In this document: positions 20,002 through 29,419 of the stretch, one piece after another
Layout: every line of letters begins with the position of its first letter
Numbering within the stretch: the first letter of the stretch is position 1
Source: Candidatus Woesearchaeota archaeon
Lineage (GTDB): Archaea > Nanobdellota > Nanobdellia > Woesearchaeales > JAZDKJ01
Reading direction: 5' to 3'
NCBI GenBank assembly: GCA_043803105.1
Contig: JAZDKJ010000005.1
Coordinates: 1-64,000, forward strand
DNA length: 64,000 bases
Notes under the pieces: generated by a model
Seen by the model: the letters and a program-made list of their open reading frames with translations, nothing else
Told to the model about the DNA's origin: nothing
The model's database searches: none
Program-made: the position numbers and the translations under genes

Positions 20002-21636
20002 ATGAAGGTAAGTGACGCAAAAAGGATATCACAGGTAACAAGGGTTCTATTCAAGTATGGACTAGGATACGTAATAGAAGAGCTCGGGCTAAAACTGCAT
20101 CTGCCATTTTTGCATAAGATGATGAAGCACAGGTTCAGGCCTGTGGCAAAACCGCAAGAAAGGATTGTGCCAATACTTGAGGAGCTCGGGGGAACTTATG
20201 TAAAACTCGGGCAGCTTCTAAGCATCAGGCCTGACTTGATACACCTGGATATCTGCAGGGAATGCGAAAAACTTCAAGACAATGTAAAACCGTTGGCATA
20301 CACAGAAATACAGACAGTGATAGAACAGGAATTCCACAAGCCAATAAACAAGATATTCAAGACATTTCACAAGGAGCCAATAGCGTCGGCAAGCATAGGA
20401 CAGGTGCACGAGGCAACTCTGGCAGACGGCACAAGGGTTGCAGTCAAGGTGCAAAGGCCTCACATACGCGAAATAATGGCAGCAGACATTGATGTGATGG
20501 AATACTTTGCGGCCAAGATGGAACATAATGCAAGATTCAGGAAGTATCGGCCGAGACTCATAGTAGAGGAATTCAAGAGATACAGCAAGAATGAGCTTGA
20601 CTACATCCAAGAGGCACACAATGCAGAAAGGTTTTACAACAATTTCAAGGATTCAAAGAACATAAAGATACCAAGAGTGCTCTGGGACCACACAACTGAC
20701 AAGGTGCTCACCCTAGAATTCATTGATGGAAAAAAGATAAAAGACCTTAAGGAGAGCGAGGCTGAGAGGAAACGAATAGTCAAGAAAGGGCTTGAAGCAG
20801 AATTCAAACAGATATTCGAGGATGGATTCTTCCACGCAGACCTTCACCCTGGCAACATACTGCTCATGAAAGACGGCAGGATAGCCTTCCTTGACTTTGG
20901 GATAGTAGGCACAATCACACCAACAATACAGAGAAGGTCTGTTGAGCTGTTCCTTGCAATAATGGAAAAAAACAGCGTTGAAACAGCGAGGACACTACTG
21001 AAAGTGGGCATTCCAGGCAAGAACCTGGACAGGAAAAAGTTCGGCGATGAAGTGGATGATGTTGTAAACGGATGGTACGGCAAGAGGCTCTCAGAGCAAA
21101 GGGTGACACACATGCTGCACCAGCTTTTCAATGTGTGCGCTGACAACGACGTAAGGGTTCCAATCGATTTGGTGCTCTTGGGCAAGGCCCTGATAACAAT
21201 CGAGGGAACATGCCAGAAGCTAGAGCCCAGCTTTGATATTGCAAAGTACAGCGAGCCTTACCTAAAAAAAATAGTCGAGACAGAGGCAGACCATGAGATT
21301 GAGCAACTGGGAGACCTGTATAAAAGAATGAGAGGGGCACTATTAGACCTGCCTGAGAAAGTGGACAGCATAATCGCAAGACTCAAGGATCCAAAGGTAA
21401 AGGTGGACATAGACGACTCAGACATAATGAGGCTCGGGATGGAGATAGACAAATCCAGCAACAGGCTATCATACGGAATACTAATCGCAGCGCTGGTGAT
21501 TGCAGGCGCTTTGATGGCACCGATGAAACTCGGCTACGAAATAGCAGGGCTGCCTTTGGTGTCCATGCTATTTTTTGCAATAGCAGCAATCATGGGAACA
21601 ATCTTATTGTACTCTGTACTAACAGAAGGCAAATGA
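20002..21636 (+). CDS. AarF/UbiB/ABC1 family atypical kinase
   Basis: LGGTYVKLGQLLS.RPD, ASASIGQVH, VAVKVQRP, FFHADLHPGN, LDFG; two C-terminal TM helices. Confidence 0.92.
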   Translation: MKVSDAKRISQVTRVLFKYGLGYVIEELGLKLHLPFLHKMMKHRFRPVAKPQERIVPILEELGGTYVKLGQLLSIRPDLIHLDICRECEKLQDNVKPLAYTEIQTVIEQEFHKPINKIFKTFHKEPIASASIGQVHEATLADGTRVAVKVQRPHIREIMAADIDVMEYFAAKMEHNARFRKYRPRLIVEEFKRYSKNELDYIQEAHNAERFYNNFKDSKNIKIPRVLWDHTTDKVLTLEFIDGKKIKDLKESEAERKRIVKKGLEAEFKQIFEDGFFHADLHPGNILLMKDGRIAFLDFGIVGTITPTIQRRSVELFLAIMEKNSVETARTLLKVGIPGKNLDRKKFGDEVDDVVNGWYGKRLSEQRVTHMLHQLFNVCADNDVRVPIDLVLLGKALITIEGTCQKLEPSFDIAKYSEPYLKKIVETEADHEIEQLGDLYKRMRGALLDLPEKVDSIIARLKDPKVKVDIDDSDIMRLGMEIDKSSNRLSYGILIAALVIAGALMAPMKLGYEIAGLPLVSMLFFAIAAIMGTILLYSVLTEGK

Positions 21637-21645
21637 GGTGAGAAC

Positions 21646-21894
21646 ATGTTAAAACAAGCAAGAAAAGGAGTAAGAGCTGGAATCAATGCAGGAAGGAAAA
21701 TCGGAAGGCTCGCAAGAAAAGAGATTGGGAGACCGATCATCAAGAGAGCAATAAGGAAAGGGAGGTCAGTCGCAAGAATAGGCATGCGAAAGGCGAGGCC
21801 TCTAATCAGGGAAGCTATAAGAAGAGGAAAACCTGCTGCAAGAAAAGCGATCGGCATAGCAAGAAAAGAGGCAAAAAAAGTCTTTAAAAAATAA
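21646..21894 (+). CDS. Small, very basic protein with 11-residue repeats
   Basis: RBS GAGGTGA; 31 of 82 residues are K/R and 3 are acidic; A-ending codons as in neighbouring plus-strand genes. Confidence 0.75.
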   Translation: MLKQARKGVRAGINAGRKIGRLARKEIGRPIIKRAIRKGRSVARIGMRKARPLIREAIRRGKPAARKAIGIARKEAKKVFKK

Positions 21895-21939
21895 AAATTT
21901 TTTTTCTTATGGAAAATTTCGACAGAAATTTTACATTCC

Positions 21940-21994
21940 AAAAACCGCAGGATTAAAAACCTTGGGCTTCAGCCCAAGGAATAATGCGGTTTTT
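21940..21994. terminator. Nested palindrome between convergent genes (bidirectional terminator or REP-like element)
   Basis: AAAAACCGCA...TGCGGTTTTT enclosing CCTTGGGC-TTCA-GCCCAAGG. Confidence 0.5.
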
Positions 21995-22001
21995 GTTATT
22001 C

Positions 22002-24149
22002 TTAAACACACTTGCCGCTGAGGCAGACAGTGGTTCCGTTGCAGATGTAACTACTGCTTGATGGAGTTGAACCCGCGCAATAGTTCTCGAGAACCTGGTT
22101 GCGGACGTTGACAAGGCAGTGATCCCTAAAAGAGTAATTGCTGCCCTGGCGGTAGCCGGTGACTGTTCCCTCAACTTTGAGATTGACTCCAAGATCATTA
22201 TCAGCACAGGAGTCTGGCTTCGAGGCCTCAAAACAGTCGTGGTGCTGGCTTCCACTTGAGGCACCACCAACCACAAAAGGCATTGCATTCGGGTCTGAAT
22301 ATAGCGCAACCCCCCAACTACAGGTTGGGTACTTTCCAGTATTAACACTGCAGTAGTTTGGCATGAGCGACCTGAATATCTGGTCTGTGCAGAGCTCCTT
22401 TGCCTGGTTAAATCCCTGGACAAGTCCGAGCTTGTATTTGGCATAGCGCAGATCAAGGTCCGGGGCATTGTAGCTTGGCGTGCCAGTTATTCCACCAAAG
22501 TTCTGATCCCAAATGCCGGCTTCTGCAATACATGCAGCATAAACTGGCAGCAATTCCGTACATGTACCGTCCACGCAATTAGCGCATCTCTCAGTTGTTT
22601 CGGTATATTGCGCACCATAACAATAATACTCCTGAATGTTTACGCCACCATCTGGCAGAGATATGCACCTGTCAGTATATGTGAAGGGGAGGCCGTTATA
22701 ATAGCCGCCAACTGTCCCTCTTGTGGCAAAGTTTTTTCCACCATCAGTGTCATTACATAAATAATTTATTGACGATTTGCATTGTCCGCTTACGCAGCCA
22801 AATGGACAGTTCTGCACCAATTGATTGCTCTGGGTGTAGAAACATTTGCCTGAGCCGCACTGATAGTCGTAGAAAGTTTTATACAAAGACGAACCCTGGC
22901 AATAAACCGGGCCCCATTGGTCTGTGCCGCAATTCTCAGGCTGGCTGCTCTTCTCTGAGCCGACACACCAGTATTCCATCACAGTGTTGGAGTCCACACA
23001 ATAATCATTATTACTGTAGGCAACATTGTTGAAGTAACCTGAGACGCTGCCATAAGTCATCTTGTTGTCTCCATAATCTGTCTCTTGGCACAAATTTGGC
23101 TGGGGCTGTCCTGGCAGACAGGCACCGTTATCACAACCATAATCACAGGCTTGCACGAATTGGGAAGTCAAGAGGTAGCCACATGCTCCGTTGTCACAAT
23201 AGTAGTCAAGGAAATCCCTGTAAACAGAACTGTTCAGGCAATAGGATGGGGTGTAGGAATCAATGCCGCAACCGGTAGTGTTGCTCGAAGCCACGTTTCC
23301 AACGCAGAAATACTCGATTACGTCAGCGGGGTTTGCGCAAATATCAGTCTGGCTGTAAGGATTGTTGTTAAGGTAGCCTGAAACAATTCCCTTGACTCCT
23401 ATAACAGAGCCTCCATCAGAGTCAGCACAGGAGTCAGGCTTTGGTGCTGCACTACATATGCCATTGGTGCAGCCGTAGTTGCACGTCTGAACAAGCTGCT
23501 TTGAGGTAGAGTGACTGCACACACCTGCACTGCAGTAATAATCAGTAAAGTCATTATAGACAGAACCGTTCAGGCAGTAGTCAATGCTATGGGCGTCTAC
23601 ACCACAACTAATCTGCGCGGCTTGCTTGGTGCTAGCTGAACAGTAATATTCGGCAATCGTCCCAGAGTCAATACAATAGTCGGCATTGCTATACCAGGAG
23701 TTGCTAAGGTAACCAGAGACAGTTCCCAGAACCTCAATGATATTTCCGCCGTCTGTATCACTGCATGAATTGGGATAACCGCAGTCAACAGGGCAGGATG
23801 CGACTGTCTCTCCACCTTCACAGACTCTGTCACCGCAGTTGGACTCATCGTTGTCAGTTAGAGAAGCGCAACCTGCGTCTTTCATATCAACCAGCTTATC
23901 ACCATCATTATCCAGGCCATCATCGCACTGGACGTTGAGGTTTAACTCGCTGTTATCTGTTTTTGAGGAACAACCAGGATCACTAGGAAAGTCAATCCTT
24001 CCGTCGCCATCATTATCCACTCCGTCCTTGCACTGAGCTACAGCTTTTACAGCTGAGCCTGAAATCAGGTTTTGGTTTGCAAACAAAAAAACGCAGACAA
24101 CAAAAACCAAAAAAACGGAAATTAGAATAACCTTAGAATTATCTTTCAT
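22002..24149 (-). CDS. Cys-rich secreted repeat protein
   Basis: N-terminal TM; two CxDGxDNDGDxxxD repeats; about five C.D(S/T)DGG...G.VSG...D.C...EY.C modules; RBS AGGAGG. Confidence 0.75.
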   Translation of the reverse strand: MKDNSKVILISVFLVFVVCVFLFANQNLISGSAVKAVAQCKDGVDNDGDGRIDFPSDPGCSSKTDNSELNLNVQCDDGLDNDGDKLVDMKDAGCASLTDNDESNCGDRVCEGGETVASCPVDCGYPNSCSDTDGGNIIEVLGTVSGYLSNSWYSNADYCIDSGTIAEYYCSASTKQAAQISCGVDAHSIDYCLNGSVYNDFTDYYCSAGVCSHSTSKQLVQTCNYGCTNGICSAAPKPDSCADSDGGSVIGVKGIVSGYLNNNPYSQTDICANPADVIEYFCVGNVASSNTTGCGIDSYTPSYCLNSSVYRDFLDYYCDNGACGYLLTSQFVQACDYGCDNGACLPGQPQPNLCQETDYGDNKMTYGSVSGYFNNVAYSNNDYCVDSNTVMEYWCVGSEKSSQPENCGTDQWGPVYCQGSSLYKTFYDYQCGSGKCFYTQSNQLVQNCPFGCVSGQCKSSINYLCNDTDGGKNFATRGTVGGYYNGLPFTYTDRCISLPDGGVNIQEYYCYGAQYTETTERCANCVDGTCTELLPVYAACIAEAGIWDQNFGGITGTPSYNAPDLDLRYAKYKLGLVQGFNQAKELCTDQIFRSLMPNYCSVNTGKYPTCSWGVALYSDPNAMPFVVGGASSGSQHHDCFEASKPDSCADNDLGVNLKVEGTVTGYRQGSNYSFRDHCLVNVRNQVLENYCAGSTPSSSSYICNGTTVCLSGKCV

Positions 24150-24195
24150 GGGACAATCGCCTCCTTTTTAAACATATATCCAAATATCCAATCAT

Positions 24196-25176
24196 CTAAA
24201 CGCAGGCACCGTTAAGGCATTGCCTGGTATTGTTCATGCACGGAACCTGAAGGCCAACAGGTGTTGTGCCCTGGCAGATATACTCATTCAGGTCAGTTCC
24301 AGTATAACAATAGTCAGGATAAGAGTAGTGAGTTCCTTGGAAATATCCGGACACACTGCCCTTAACTGTGATGACAAAACCTCGGTCAGTGTCATTGCAG
24401 CTGTCAGGCGGAACAAAGCACGCGCCTGCGACACAACCAAGGGGGCAGTTCTCCAAGAGCAATGGGCTCACCTGCTTTTGGCAAGCGCCAAGGCTACAAG
24501 AGAAATGATTGAAATCCTGGTAAACAGATGCTCCTTTGCAGTATTTTGCGCTGTAAAAATCAGCGCCACAACTCAACTGAGAGCTTTGAAGGCTTGAACC
24601 AGAGCATGAGTATTCAAAAATTGTAAGGCCGTCAACGCAATAGTCAGAGTTGTTGTAAAAGGCAGTATTGAGATAACCGCTTGCATAGCCTCGGACAGAA
24701 ATAACATTGCCTCCATCAGAGTCAGCACAGATGTCAGCGACAGGAGGGATAATGTTGCAGACTCCTGCATCACAGCCATAATCACAGGTAGTTACCAAGT
24801 GTAGGGTAGTGGTCTGTACGCAAGCGCCTGCGGAGCAAGATTTCTCAATGAAGTCCTGGTAAACTGAACCATCCTTGCAATAATTTGAACTGTAACCATT
24901 GATACCGCAGCCAGCATTGTAATAGCTTGCCACTGAACCACCGCAATAATACTCCTTTAAAGTCTTGGAGTCAAAACATGTATCAACAAATGAGTAAGGC
25001 TTCTTGTTGAGGAGGCCTGAGACAGTGCCTTGAGCAAGAATCATCTTGCCGCCGTCAGAGTCAGAGCAGGTATTCTTTATGACAGCATTGCCTACGAAGC
25101 TGGGCTTTGTGAAGCTGATGAATGCAACAAGACCAACAAAAACAACAGCAAAAAGAATTTTGTCCTGATTCCTCAT
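24196..25176 (-). CDS. Cys-rich secreted repeat protein (paralog)
   Basis: Three C.DSDGG-type modules; RBS AGGAGG. Confidence 0.75.
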   Translation of the reverse strand: MRNQDKILFAVVFVGLVAFISFTKPSFVGNAVIKNTCSDSDGGKMILAQGTVSGLLNKKPYSFVDTCFDSKTLKEYYCGGSVASYYNAGCGINGYSSNYCKDGSVYQDFIEKSCSAGACVQTTTLHLVTTCDYGCDAGVCNIIPPVADICADSDGGNVISVRGYASGYLNTAFYNNSDYCVDGLTIFEYSCSGSSLQSSQLSCGADFYSAKYCKGASVYQDFNHFSCSLGACQKQVSPLLLENCPLGCVAGACFVPPDSCNDTDRGFVITVKGSVSGYFQGTHYSYPDYCYTGTDLNEYICQGTTPVGLQVPCMNNTRQCLNGACV

Positions 25177-25252
25177 TAAGGTTCGCCTCCTTTTGTTCTA
25201 ATCAGAGCAATGCCACAAGATTGATATTTAAGCTTTGCTATTTATAAAGGAA

Positions 25253-26116
25253 CTAGTTGCAGTTGCCATTAGAGCAACTTTTGTCACAGACAGAAGCAAG
25301 TTTTGGGGCTGTAGCATTAATGCATGCTCCACCAACGCAGGTATAGTGAGTAAACATTGAGTAGACATTGTTGCCTTGACAATAGCGGACAGTGCCAGAG
25401 TCTGTAGGACAAGCAGTTTCCTGCTTGCTATAAGCATTCCCATGGCAGGAATACTCCACAAGGGTGTTCTCCTTGCAGAAATCTGAATAGCGATAGGGAG
25501 AATTGTTGAACAAACCTGAGACAATGCCTTTTACTGATTTGTCAAACCCTCCATCAGAATCATTGCAGGTGTCAGAGCCAGAAGCCACGACTGTCTCAGC
25601 TGGGGGCTCTTCAGGGTTGATGCAGCGAGCATCCTCGCAGCCGATCCCACAAATCTGCAAAATGCGCCGCTGCTTTACAACTGTGCAGATGCCCTGTTCA
25701 CAACCTGGAGTAAGGGTATCCTGGTAGAGAGCGGTGGCGTTGCAATACTTAATAGTCTGGGCCTTGCCCTCGCATGAAATGTTTTGTTCTTGGGCTGAGA
25801 CATTAGAACAAAAATACTCTCGTAAAATATTTTGGCTGATGCAATTGTCAACAAATGAAAAGCTCTTGTTATTCAAGAAACCTGAGACAGTGCTTTTGGT
25901 CTCCTTGACTGCACCGTTATCAGAATCGAGGCATGAATCAACATGACCGCAATCCTCTGGACATGAATCCTGAGTCTCAGAAAGGCAGACACCGTCACCG
26001 CAACGAGGGCCGACTGGCTGTTGAGGCACCTGTTCAGCAGTCTTTACAGGCTCTTTGGAGCATGCAACAACCAGGAGCAAGAATGCAACTGACAACGCCA
26101 GCATAATGTTTTTCAT
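25253..26116 (-). CDS. Cys-rich lipoprotein-like repeat protein (paralog)
   Basis: Lipobox-like LVVAC; CGDGVC..ET..SCP.DC; two C.DSD modules. Confidence 0.7.
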   Translation of the reverse strand: MKNIMLALSVAFLLLVVACSKEPVKTAEQVPQQPVGPRCGDGVCLSETQDSCPEDCGHVDSCLDSDNGAVKETKSTVSGFLNNKSFSFVDNCISQNILREYFCSNVSAQEQNISCEGKAQTIKYCNATALYQDTLTPGCEQGICTVVKQRRILQICGIGCEDARCINPEEPPAETVVASGSDTCNDSDGGFDKSVKGIVSGLFNNSPYRYSDFCKENTLVEYSCHGNAYSKQETACPTDSGTVRYCQGNNVYSMFTHYTCVGGACINATAPKLASVCDKSCSNGNCN

Positions 26117-26192
26117 CAGCAACGACAAATCTTGAACAGGCTTAAATAATTTTCCATACCTTTATAAACATCCAGACCTTCTGAGGCGCACC

Positions 26193-27200
26193 ATGGAAGA
26201 ACAATTCAAGAAGATATTATTGGAGAAAAACGCACTACCAGACATATTAGGCCAGGACGAGACAAAAAAACAGCTCAAGTCAGCATTGCTGATGGGGCAT
26301 CATGTTATAATAGTCGGGCCTCCTGGCACAGGAAAGACAACACTAGCAAAGAATGTGGCAAAACTACTGCCTGAAATCACTGTGAATGATTGCCAATACA
26401 ACTGCGACCCTAAGCAGCCATTATGCCCCAATTGCCTCACAGGCAAAAGCATGAAGACAAAGAAAATTGTAGGAGAAGAAAGATTTGTCAGGATACAAGG
26501 CAGCCCAGACCTGAACTCAGAAGACCTTTTGGGAGACATTGACCCTACCAAAGCAATAAAATACGGGCCGCTTAGCATAGAGGCTTTCACGCCTGGAAAA
26601 ATATTCACTGCAAACAATGGCGTATTGTTCTTTGACGAACTGAACAGGTGCCAGGAAAAACTGCAGAATGCGCTCTTGCAGGCGCTTGAGGAGGGCAAGG
26701 CAACCATCGGAAGCTACAGCACTGACCTTCCTGCAAACTTCATATTCATAGGAACAATGAACCCTGAGGACACAAGCACAGAAAAGCTCTCGGACGTGTT
26801 CCTGGACAGGTTTGATTTGATTTATATGGGATACCCTGAGACAACCGAAATAGAAAAACAGATAGTGAAGAAAAAGGCAAAGAGACTGGGGCTGGAGTTC
26901 CCAGAACTATTGCTTGAGGTCTCACTTGATTTCATAAGGGAGCTTAGGAACTCTGATAAGCTAGAGAAAAAACCAAGTGTCCGAGCGTCAATAAACCTTT
27001 ATGAGAGAAGTGAGGCAAATGCTTTCCTTGACGGAAGGAAAACTGTAGGCATCAAGGACATAGAGGATGCGATAGTCTCTGTGATAGGCCACAGGATAAG
27101 GATGAAGCCAAGCCTGCAGTTCCTGCAGGACCCGCTCGAATTCGTGCGCAAGGAATTCAAGCAGTTTGGTCAACACATCACAAAGGGTGGTGGCCTTTGA
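26193..27200 (+). CDS. ChlI/MoxR-like AAA+ ATPase
   Basis: GQDE.K, GPPGTGKT, CQYNCDP, LFFDELNR, GTMNPED, LDRF. Confidence 0.88.
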   Translation: MEEQFKKILLEKNALPDILGQDETKKQLKSALLMGHHVIIVGPPGTGKTTLAKNVAKLLPEITVNDCQYNCDPKQPLCPNCLTGKSMKTKKIVGEERFVRIQGSPDLNSEDLLGDIDPTKAIKYGPLSIEAFTPGKIFTANNGVLFFDELNRCQEKLQNALLQALEEGKATIGSYSTDLPANFIFIGTMNPEDTSTEKLSDVFLDRFDLIYMGYPETTEIEKQIVKKKAKRLGLEFPELLLEVSLDFIRELRNSDKLEKKPSVRASINLYERSEANAFLDGRKTVGIKDIEDAIVSVIGHRIRMKPSLQFLQDPLEFVRKEFKQFGQHITKGGGL

Positions 27201-28377
27201 CAGGTCACCAACAGACGTTCTAGAATTCTCAAAGGCTGAAGAGCTAAGCGGCAAGCTAAGAAGCCAAAATGAAGAAGAAAAACTTATGCACTCAGTAGTG
27301 GAGAACGACGCAGACACAGTCAAAGACGGAAAACTGGTGAGCGCTGCCATAAACCAGGGATTCTCAGGGTTCCAACCTGACATGATGTTCGAAAAACTCA
27401 CAAAGGAGTACAGCATGGCAGAACAATTGTACGGGGAGAAACTGATAAGGCTGGTCAGCGGATACGAGCCAGGATATATCAAGAGAAACATCAAGGTGCC
27501 TGAATTTCGGAAAGAACTGAAAAAAAATGTCTCGGATAGATTTGAGCATCTGACGGCAGAAGGGCTGGTCAGCAGAGATGGAGAGATCACAGAAAAGGGG
27601 TTCAGCCTGGCATCGATAATGCTCTATGTGGAAGAGATTGAGCGGATGACATCAAAGGGATTTTTCGGAACAAAGCCCTCCAGCAGGAAATCAAGCCATG
27701 GAGACAAACAAGACGTCAGAGAATACAGGAAAGGTGACAGGTACAGAAACCTTGCAGTAAGGCAATCACTAAGGACAGCAATAAGAAGAGGGCATGAAAT
27801 ACTCAGAAGAGAGGACTTGAGAACATTTGAAAAAACAAGCAAGGGATCGATACAGATAATCTACGCCATAGATGCCTCGGGCTCGATGAAGGGAGAAAAA
27901 ATAACAATGGCAAAAAGGGCTGGAATAGCATTAGCTTACACTGCCATAACAAACAAAGACAAGGTCGGGTTGCTGGTTTTTGGGACAGAGGTAAGGAGCG
28001 CAATAGAGCCGACACTTGACTTCATGAGGCTCATCAGGAGCATAACAGCAGTGCAGGCATCAAGGCAGACAGACATAAGCAAGACAATACAGAAAGCAGC
28101 CGGACTATTCAGCGCAGACAGAGTGACAAAACACCTAATAATATTGACAGACTGCCTGCCGACAATAGGAAAAGAGCCGGAAAAAGAGACAATCGAAGCA
28201 GCAGGGATGGCGCGGGCAGCAGGGATAACAATATCATTAGTTGGGATAAAACTTGATTCTGCAGGCAAAAGACTTGCAGAACACCTTGTAAAAATAGGCA
28301 AGGGAAGGCTCTATATCGCACAAAGCATAAAAGAGCTAGACATGATTGTGCTAAGGGACTATTACAGCAATGCATAA
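27166..28377 (+). CDS. VWA-domain protein (ChlD-like partner)
   Basis: MIDAS DASGS, TDIS, ILTD; REYRKGD..RN motif; overlaps the ATPase gene. Confidence 0.85.
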   Translation: MVNTSQRVVAFDRSPTDVLEFSKAEELSGKLRSQNEEEKLMHSVVENDADTVKDGKLVSAAINQGFSGFQPDMMFEKLTKEYSMAEQLYGEKLIRLVSGYEPGYIKRNIKVPEFRKELKKNVSDRFEHLTAEGLVSRDGEITEKGFSLASIMLYVEEIERMTSKGFFGTKPSSRKSSHGDKQDVREYRKGDRYRNLAVRQSLRTAIRRGHEILRREDLRTFEKTSKGSIQIIYAIDASGSMKGEKITMAKRAGIALAYTAITNKDKVGLLVFGTEVRSAIEPTLDFMRLIRSITAVQASRQTDISKTIQKAAGLFSADRVTKHLIILTDCLPTIGKEPEKETIEAAGMARAAGITISLVGIKLDSAGKRLAEHLVKIGKGRLYIAQSIKELDMIVLRDYYSNA

Positions 28378-28409
28378 GGTTTTTATAATTCCAGGCAAAC
28401 GCAAAGGAT

Positions 28410-29012
28410 ATGAAGATACTGGCTTTTGTGGATATGCACAGCAGCTACAGTTCGTTAGCGGCAATCATAAAAAAATCAGCGGAGTGCGACATGATTGTAT
28501 GCGCAGGAGACATAAGCGAATTTGAAAGGAATATAGACCATCTGATGTACAAGCTTGCAGCATTACAAAAACAGGTGCTGATCATACCAGGAAACCACGA
28601 GTCAGGGGAAGGGCTGAGGCAGCTGTGCAAGAGCCACGAGAACATATTCTACCTAAATGGCAAAATTTTTGAGACAGGCAACCATATATTTGCAGGAATA
28701 GACGGAAACGGGTTTGCAATGCGAGATGCACAATTTGAAATCAAAGCAAGGGAAGTTGAAAAATCCATAGAGAAGAAAAGAACAACAGATTCAAGGCTGG
28801 TGGTAGTCACCCATGCTGCACCCTACAAGACAAGGCTTGATTTGCTCTTCGGAAAGCATCATGGCAATGAAAGCGTAAGAGGATTTATTGAAAGACTAAG
28901 GCCAAACATCGCAGTATGCGGGCACTTCCACGAAAACCAGGGAAAACAAGACAAGATAGGAAACAGCCTAATAATAAATCCAGGGCATGACGGGAGGATA
29001 GTGGAAATATGA
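28410..29012 (+). CDS. Metallophosphoesterase (Icc-like)
   Basis: D.H, AGD, GNHE, TH, GHFHE. Confidence 0.9.
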   Translation: MKILAFVDMHSSYSSLAAIIKKSAECDMIVCAGDISEFERNIDHLMYKLAALQKQVLIIPGNHESGEGLRQLCKSHENIFYLNGKIFETGNHIFAGIDGNGFAMRDAQFEIKAREVEKSIEKKRTTDSRLVVVTHAAPYKTRLDLLFGKHHGNESVRGFIERLRPNIAVCGHFHENQGKQDKIGNSLIINPGHDGRIVEI

Positions 29013-29419
29013 GCTACCTCTCTAGGACATGCCATTCGGAAGAGCACAAGATAAGCTGCGTGTGTGGATGCATAGATGACATAACGTACGTTAGATACAC
29101 TACAGATAAAATAAAGGAGAGGATAATGGCTCATACCCAAGGGGTGAGGACAGACGCTGACATCTGCAGGCACCTGATTTATGACGAGAATTATCTGATT
29201 GCATGCAAACGCCATCCCATGGTTAACGAGAGAATAGAGAAGAGGAGCTGGATATTCTGCAAAAGGAAATTCTTGTGCAAGCCAGCGCGGGAATTCCAAG
29301 AACTAACAGAGGAAAGTCAGGACGAAGTGCTTAAGGCAATCTCAAGACTACGGTTAGACCCGTTCGAATACGCGCAAATAATGATGAGCGGGGTTGGGCT
29401 CAAGTTTCTAGGACAATAA
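29009..29419 (+). CDS. Hypothetical Cys/His-containing protein
   Basis: ATGA overlap with the upstream gene; 136-aa ORF. Confidence 0.55.
   Translation: MSYLSRTCHSEEHKISCVCGCIDDITYVRYTTDKIKERIMAHTQGVRTDADICRHLIYDENYLIACKRHPMVNERIEKRSWIFCKRKFLCKPAREFQELTEESQDEVLKAISRLRLDPFEYAQIMMSGVGLKFLGQ

Noticed and set aside
19793-20041. 82-aa minus-strand ORF
   Set aside because: It spans promoter DNA and the palindromic element, overlaps the kinase start and has low-complexity sequence.
26193-28377. CbbQ/CbbO-type RuBisCO activase
   Set aside because: About 15 kb from rbcL, and the ATPase is ChlI-like; no supporting linkage.
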